Shown here one piece after another: positions 43,633-47,586 of a stretch of 47,586 nucleotides of DNA. The notes under the pieces were generated by a model. It ran no database searches and was not told the DNA's origin. It saw nothing but the letters and a program-made list of their open reading frames with translations. This DNA is from an uncultured Candidatus Saccharibacteria bacterium. Its GTDB lineage: Bacteria > Patescibacteriota > Saccharimonadia > Saccharimonadales > Saccharimonadaceae. Numbering within the stretch: the stretch's first letter is position 1; every line of letters begins with the position of its first letter. Location of the stretch: NCBI GenBank assembly GCA_963526655.1, contig CAUROB010000001.1, positions 1 through 47,586 of the forward strand. The letters are read 5' to 3'. The position numbers and the translations under genes are program-made.

Positions 43633-44706
43633 TTACGCTGCGTCCAGCATAGATAGACTTGGCTGGACTTCCATATTGTATGGGTCGGTGGGCTGGTCGA
43701 TGTGGGCGCGGAAATACCCGAGTGCGGCGATCATGGCGGCATTGTCGGTGCAGAGCTGAATGGGTGCGTATTCAATGTCGATAGGCAGGGCTAGGCTTAG
43801 TTGGCGGCGCAGTTCTTGATTGGCGGCGACACCACCAGCGATGACGACGGAAGCAGGCTGAAAATTGTCATAAGCTTTCTTAGTCTTATCGACCAGGGTT
43901 TTGATGGCAGTGTACTGGAAGCTGGCTGCCATGTTGTGTTGTAATTCGTCAGTCACCAGGGCAGGGAGCTCGTGTGAAGGAAAGGTAAAGTCTTTACCGA
44001 CTTCGCGCTGCACTGTCCTCAGAACGGCTGTTTTAAGGCCAGAGAAGGAAAAGTCATACTCACCAACGAGCTTAGCGATGGGTAGATGAAAGGCCTGCGG
44101 ATCACCGAGCTCAGCTGCTTTGGCGATGGCAGGGCCGCCAGGGTAGGGTAGACCGATAATTTTAGCGACTTTGTCGAACGCCTCACCGACGGCGTCATCT
44201 TGGGTTTGGCCGATGAGCTGGTAGTCGCCATGGTTACGGAACAGGACGAGCTGTGAATGTCCACCAGAGACGATAAGGGCAAGGAGAGGGAAGGTAGGTT
44301 GGTTTTTTGGCAGTGTTAAAGATAAGCTATCAGACTGCTGGTTGATGAAATTAGCATACACATGAGCTTCTACATGATGTATTTTATACAACGGTTTGTG
44401 ATGAATAATGGCGAGGGTGCGGGCAGCGAGGGTACCAACAAGGAGCGAACCGATGAGGCCAGGAGCGTAAGTGACGGCGATGGCGTCGATATCATCCCAA
44501 GTACAGTTGGCCTCAGATAACGCCTTTTTGACAACCGGGTTGATAACCTCCAGATGTGAACGGGCGGCAATTTCTGGAATGACGCCACCATATTCGGCAT
44601 GGATATCGATTTGTGAGTTAACAACATTTGATAATAGTAGATGACCATCTTCGACGACAGCGGCAGCTGTTTCATCACAGCTTGATTCAATTCCCAAAAT
44701 CCTCAT
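43633..44706 (-). CDS. tsaD: tRNA t6A37 threonylcarbamoyltransferase
   Basis: ILGIESSCDET, GGVIPEIAARSH, HHVEAH, DDAVGEAFDK, FSFSGLKT, CTDNAAMI. Confidence 0.97.
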   Translation of the reverse strand: MRILGIESSCDETAAAVVEDGHLLLSNVVNSQIDIHAEYGGVIPEIAARSHLEVINPVVKKALSEANCTWDDIDAIAVTYAPGLIGSLLVGTLAARTLAIIHHKPLYKIHHVEAHVYANFINQQSDSLSLTLPKNQPTFPLLALIVSGGHSQLVLFRNHGDYQLIGQTQDDAVGEAFDKVAKIIGLPYPGGPAIAKAAELGDPQAFHLPIAKLVGEYDFSFSGLKTAVLRTVQREVGKDFTFPSHELPALVTDELQHNMAASFQYTAIKTLVDKTKKAYDNFQPASVVIAGGVAANQELRRQLSLALPIDIEYAPIQLCTDNAAMIAALGYFRAHIDQPTDPYNMEVQPSLSMLDAA

Positions 44707-44786
44707 AACTATGGCATAGTATAACACATATTCGCCTCTGTTGTCTGGAAGTGTGAATCGGCACGCAAAAATGGTATCATGGATAT

Positions 44787-46085
44787 ATGAAACAGATTCT
44801 TGTCAAAGCAGCCAGAAGTATTTTGCCCGCTAGTGCTTTGCATGGCGTGGAAAACGGATATCGCCGAGTTAGAGTACGACTATTGAGCGCGCGGTATGGT
44901 AACCCGTCAAAAAACTTGCGAGTTATCGCAGTAACTGGTACCAACGGGAAGACAACGACCGCCTGCTATATCAATGAGATCTTGAAGGAGGCCAAATTTA
45001 AGACCGCCATGTTCACGACAGCGTTGATCGAAGTGGCAGGGAAGGCTCAGGTCAATGATTTGAACGCAACAGTGGCTTCGACTGGCAGGATGCAGCGGTT
45101 CTTTCGTGATGCAAAAAAGGCCGATGTGGACTATGTCGTGTTGGAAATCACGTCGCACGCGCTTGACCAGCATAAGCTTGACGGCGTGCCGATTGAGGCA
45201 GCAGTGATGACCAATTTGACACAGGATCATTTGGATTATCACAAAACCATGGAGAATTATGCAGCGGCTAAGGGTAAGCTGTTTGCACTGGAACCGCGAT
45301 ATATCATTTTGAACCGCGATGATGAATGGTATGACTATTTTGATCAATTCGTTGCTGGTGAACAAAAAATGACCTATGGTAAGCATCCGGAAGCAGAGGC
45401 GCAGATTCAGCGAGTGAAGCTGTACCGCAAGGGTACTGAAGCCGATGTGGTTTTGGACCATCAGACTCATTTGGAGCTGGCGACGGCGCTGCCGGGTGAA
45501 TTTAATGTACACAATATGACGGCGGCGGTGACGTTGGCGTATCTGCTGGGTGTGAAATTACAAGATATCCAAGAAGGCGTGGCTAACGTCGAGGCGGTTC
45601 CTGGCAGGTTTGAGCGAGCAGTCGAGGGTGTTGGTTATGACGTAATTGTTGATTATGCACACACCCCTGATGCATTGGATAAATTATTGACGGCGGCTCG
45701 TAAGATCGCCAAGGGTCGAGTGATTTTGGTATTTGGGGCCTGTGGGGATCGCGACAAGAGCAAGCGGCCAACTATGGGCGAAATTGCTGCCAAAAATGCC
45801 GACAGGATATTCCTAACCGACGAAGAAAGCTACAACGAAGACCCTGATCAGATCAGGCGAATGATCTATGAAGGAATTGAACGGGCGCATGGTGACGCCA
45901 AGACGACGGAAATTCCTGACCGGCGACAGGCGATTGAGCGGGCGCTTGGCTCTGCGCAGAAGGGTGATATGGTGCTGATCACTGGAATGGGACATGAGAA
46001 ATATCGAATCGTGAATGGACAACGGCTGCCGTGGAATGATAGCCAGGTGGTACGTGAAATTTTGGGACAGGAAAAAGCAGAATAA
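44787..46085 (+). CDS. murE: UDP-MurNAc-tripeptide synthetase MurE
   Basis: VTGTNGKTTT, LEITSHALDQ, TNLTQDHLDYH, PGRFE, VDYAHTPDAL, GACGDRD..KR..MG. Confidence 0.92.
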   Translation: MKQILVKAARSILPASALHGVENGYRRVRVRLLSARYGNPSKNLRVIAVTGTNGKTTTACYINEILKEAKFKTAMFTTALIEVAGKAQVNDLNATVASTGRMQRFFRDAKKADVDYVVLEITSHALDQHKLDGVPIEAAVMTNLTQDHLDYHKTMENYAAAKGKLFALEPRYIILNRDDEWYDYFDQFVAGEQKMTYGKHPEAEAQIQRVKLYRKGTEADVVLDHQTHLELATALPGEFNVHNMTAAVTLAYLLGVKLQDIQEGVANVEAVPGRFERAVEGVGYDVIVDYAHTPDALDKLLTAARKIAKGRVILVFGACGDRDKSKRPTMGEIAAKNADRIFLTDEESYNEDPDQIRRMIYEGIERAHGDAKTTEIPDRRQAIERALGSAQKGDMVLITGMGHEKYRIVNGQRLPWNDSQVVREILGQEKAE

Positions 46086-47375
46086 TTAACTCAATGACTT
46101 GCCGAAAAAAGCTTGTTTTTTGCTAAGCCATTCTTTGGATTGGCGGACAAGTTTTTCGGTATCTTTCGAACTTTTGAGGAGTGGTTTGATGGCTTCTTCA
46201 AGGTAGACACCGCCTTGAGATCCTTTGAATAATAGGATAGTGTCCTGACGGGCGAGGGATTGTAATAATTCTACAGCATCGATGGCTATATTAAACGAGG
46301 TGACAGTACAGCCGTTGTCTTGGGCAGCTGGCGCCAAGAATGTAGCTGCGTTGGATCCGACAGTGATGACGTGCGATAGCTGCGCTGGGTCGCATAGGGT
46401 ACCGAGTGTGCGGTGTTCAGACGCTGTTGTATCGCCAAGCTCGTTCATATCTCCCAAGACGGCGATTTTGGTTTTGGCGGGTAATTGATAGAGTGTTTCG
46501 AGGGCTGATTTGGCAGCGAGCGGGCTGGAATTGTACGAATCATCGATGATCGTTGAGTTATTAATGCCGCTCAGGAGGTTCATTCGCCCTGGCACGGGAG
46601 TGAAGTTCTCTAGAGCAGTGATGACGCTTTCAACGTCAAGATTAAACTCCAATGCAACAGCAGCGGCTCCAGCAGCAATGCGTAGTTGGTGTTTGGCAAC
46701 AACAGGCATAATAAATTCGCGAGAGGTTTGTTCGCCGTGGGTGAGAGTACAGGTGTATCCTTGGCTGTGATTGAACTGATGAGCGGTAATGTAGTAGTCA
46801 GCATCTGGCTCGGTGCTATAGGAAAGATTGCGTTCAGAATTAGCGAAAGCGATAAATCCAGAATTGATATCATCACGGTTATACAGGGTGACGATACTGT
46901 GGCTGGACAGAGCAAATTCTTCCTGGGCTACCGTTTTGAGATTACCAAAAAACTCCATGTGTTCAGGGGAGATGGCGGTAACAACGAGAACATCAGGGTG
47001 AGCGTAGCGACCAAAGGCGGTCATTTCACCGGGGTGATCGATGCCAAATTCTTGGACGATGACATTGATATCATGAAGCTGGCGGGCTGAGCGATAGGCG
47101 CGGTAGATGGTTAATAGCCAATCAGTGATGGATCGAGGATTTTTCGGGCCATCAATACCAAGCATCTCCAGGGGTGCACTAAATTCAGCATTGAAATTAC
47201 CCCTGTTGGTGCGAACTTTCTTGTTGTGTTTGAGAACGTTGATGATGGTTGATTTGGTGGTTGTCTTGCCGACGCTTCCGACAACGGCGACCAGGCGAAT
47301 GTGTGGATTATTGTGGAAAAATTTACGCATAATTCGCACCAATAGGCACGAGATGAGAGATTTGAATAGCTTCAT
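46086..47375 (-). CDS. murF: UDP-MurNAc-tripeptide D-Ala-D-Ala ligase MurF
   Basis: VGSVGKTTTK, EFGIDHPGEM, PGRMN, IIDDSYNSSP, LGDMNELG, FKGSQ. Confidence 0.92.
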   Translation of the reverse strand: MKLFKSLISCLLVRIMRKFFHNNPHIRLVAVVGSVGKTTTKSTIINVLKHNKKVRTNRGNFNAEFSAPLEMLGIDGPKNPRSITDWLLTIYRAYRSARQLHDINVIVQEFGIDHPGEMTAFGRYAHPDVLVVTAISPEHMEFFGNLKTVAQEEFALSSHSIVTLYNRDDINSGFIAFANSERNLSYSTEPDADYYITAHQFNHSQGYTCTLTHGEQTSREFIMPVVAKHQLRIAAGAAAVALEFNLDVESVITALENFTPVPGRMNLLSGINNSTIIDDSYNSSPLAAKSALETLYQLPAKTKIAVLGDMNELGDTTASEHRTLGTLCDPAQLSHVITVGSNAATFLAPAAQDNGCTVTSFNIAIDAVELLQSLARQDTILLFKGSQGGVYLEEAIKPLLKSSKDTEKLVRQSKEWLSKKQAFFGKSLS

Positions 47376-47435
47376 ACAGGTATTATAACAATATCAAGGC
47401 GGGAGGGCTATTTTTAGGGAAGGGTATTGAGTGAA

Positions 47436-47462
47436 TTAGCACTCACCCTTGACGAGTGCTAA
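47436..47462 (+). promoter_or_regulatory. CIRCE element (HrcA operator) overlapping groES promoter
   Basis: Perfect TTAGCACTC-N9-GAGTGCTAA; TTGACG (47449-47454) inside it, TACAAT at 47473-47478. Confidence 0.95.
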
Positions 47463-47509
47463 CGTGGTGCGATACAATAAGATGTATTGTTAATGAAATG
47501 GAGGATATT

Positions 47510-47586
47510 ATGAGTGTACCTATTCAGCCTCTCGGTGACCGCGTGGTAGCGGTGCGCGAGGAGGCGAAGACGCAGACGGCTAGCGG
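47510..47586 (+). CDS. groES: Co-chaperonin GroES, 3'-truncated by window
   Basis: MSVPIQPLGDRVVAVREEAKTQTASG; GGAGG SD; CIRCE upstream. Confidence 0.93.
   Translation, partial: MSVPIQPLGDRVVAVREEAKTQTAS

Noticed and set aside
44907..45512. 201-aa antisense ORF inside murE, and similar shadow ORFs in virB6, valS and murF
   Set aside because: Fully overlap well-supported genes and lack motifs; expected from codon bias
1..47586. CRISPR array, IS elements, rRNA
   Set aside because: No regularly spaced repeats, transposase motifs or rRNA-like sequence seen; nearly all bases are explained by other genes

Overview
A compact bacterial chromosome segment spanning the replication origin (khpB-yidC-rnpA-rpmH / oriC / dnaA / oriC / dnaN). 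Gene content, abutting genes and protein sequences point to a Saccharibacteria (TM7, Patescibacteria/CPR) genome; this is inference, not a database result. Left of the origin is a ~13.5 kb rhamnose-type surface glycan locus (wzm/wzt, several glycosyltransferases, rmlD, flippase, GT-C-like protein) with an embedded secreted repeat protein. Right of dnaN, where recF/gyrB normally sit, is a ~18 kb type IV secretion-like locus: two large VirB6-like paralogs, PrgI/VirB3, an apparently split VirB4, two peptidoglycan-hydrolase proteins, and an array of five VirB2/TrbC-like pilins, with a sixth pilin 3 kb further on. No relaxase, coupling protein, VirB11 or integrase is visible. The rest holds five tRNAs (Asp, three Ser, Arg with a GCG anticodon), hsp20, comF, rlmH, valS, tsaD, murE, murF and the CIRCE-controlled start of groES. 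Notable fine structure: many -10 boxes 6-8 nt before start codons (leaderless mRNAs), a perfect 31-bp palindrome over the first virB6 promoter, a structured valS leader, a DnaA-trio unwinding element, a GT8 lacking DxD, and a MurE with a non-canonical specificity motif.
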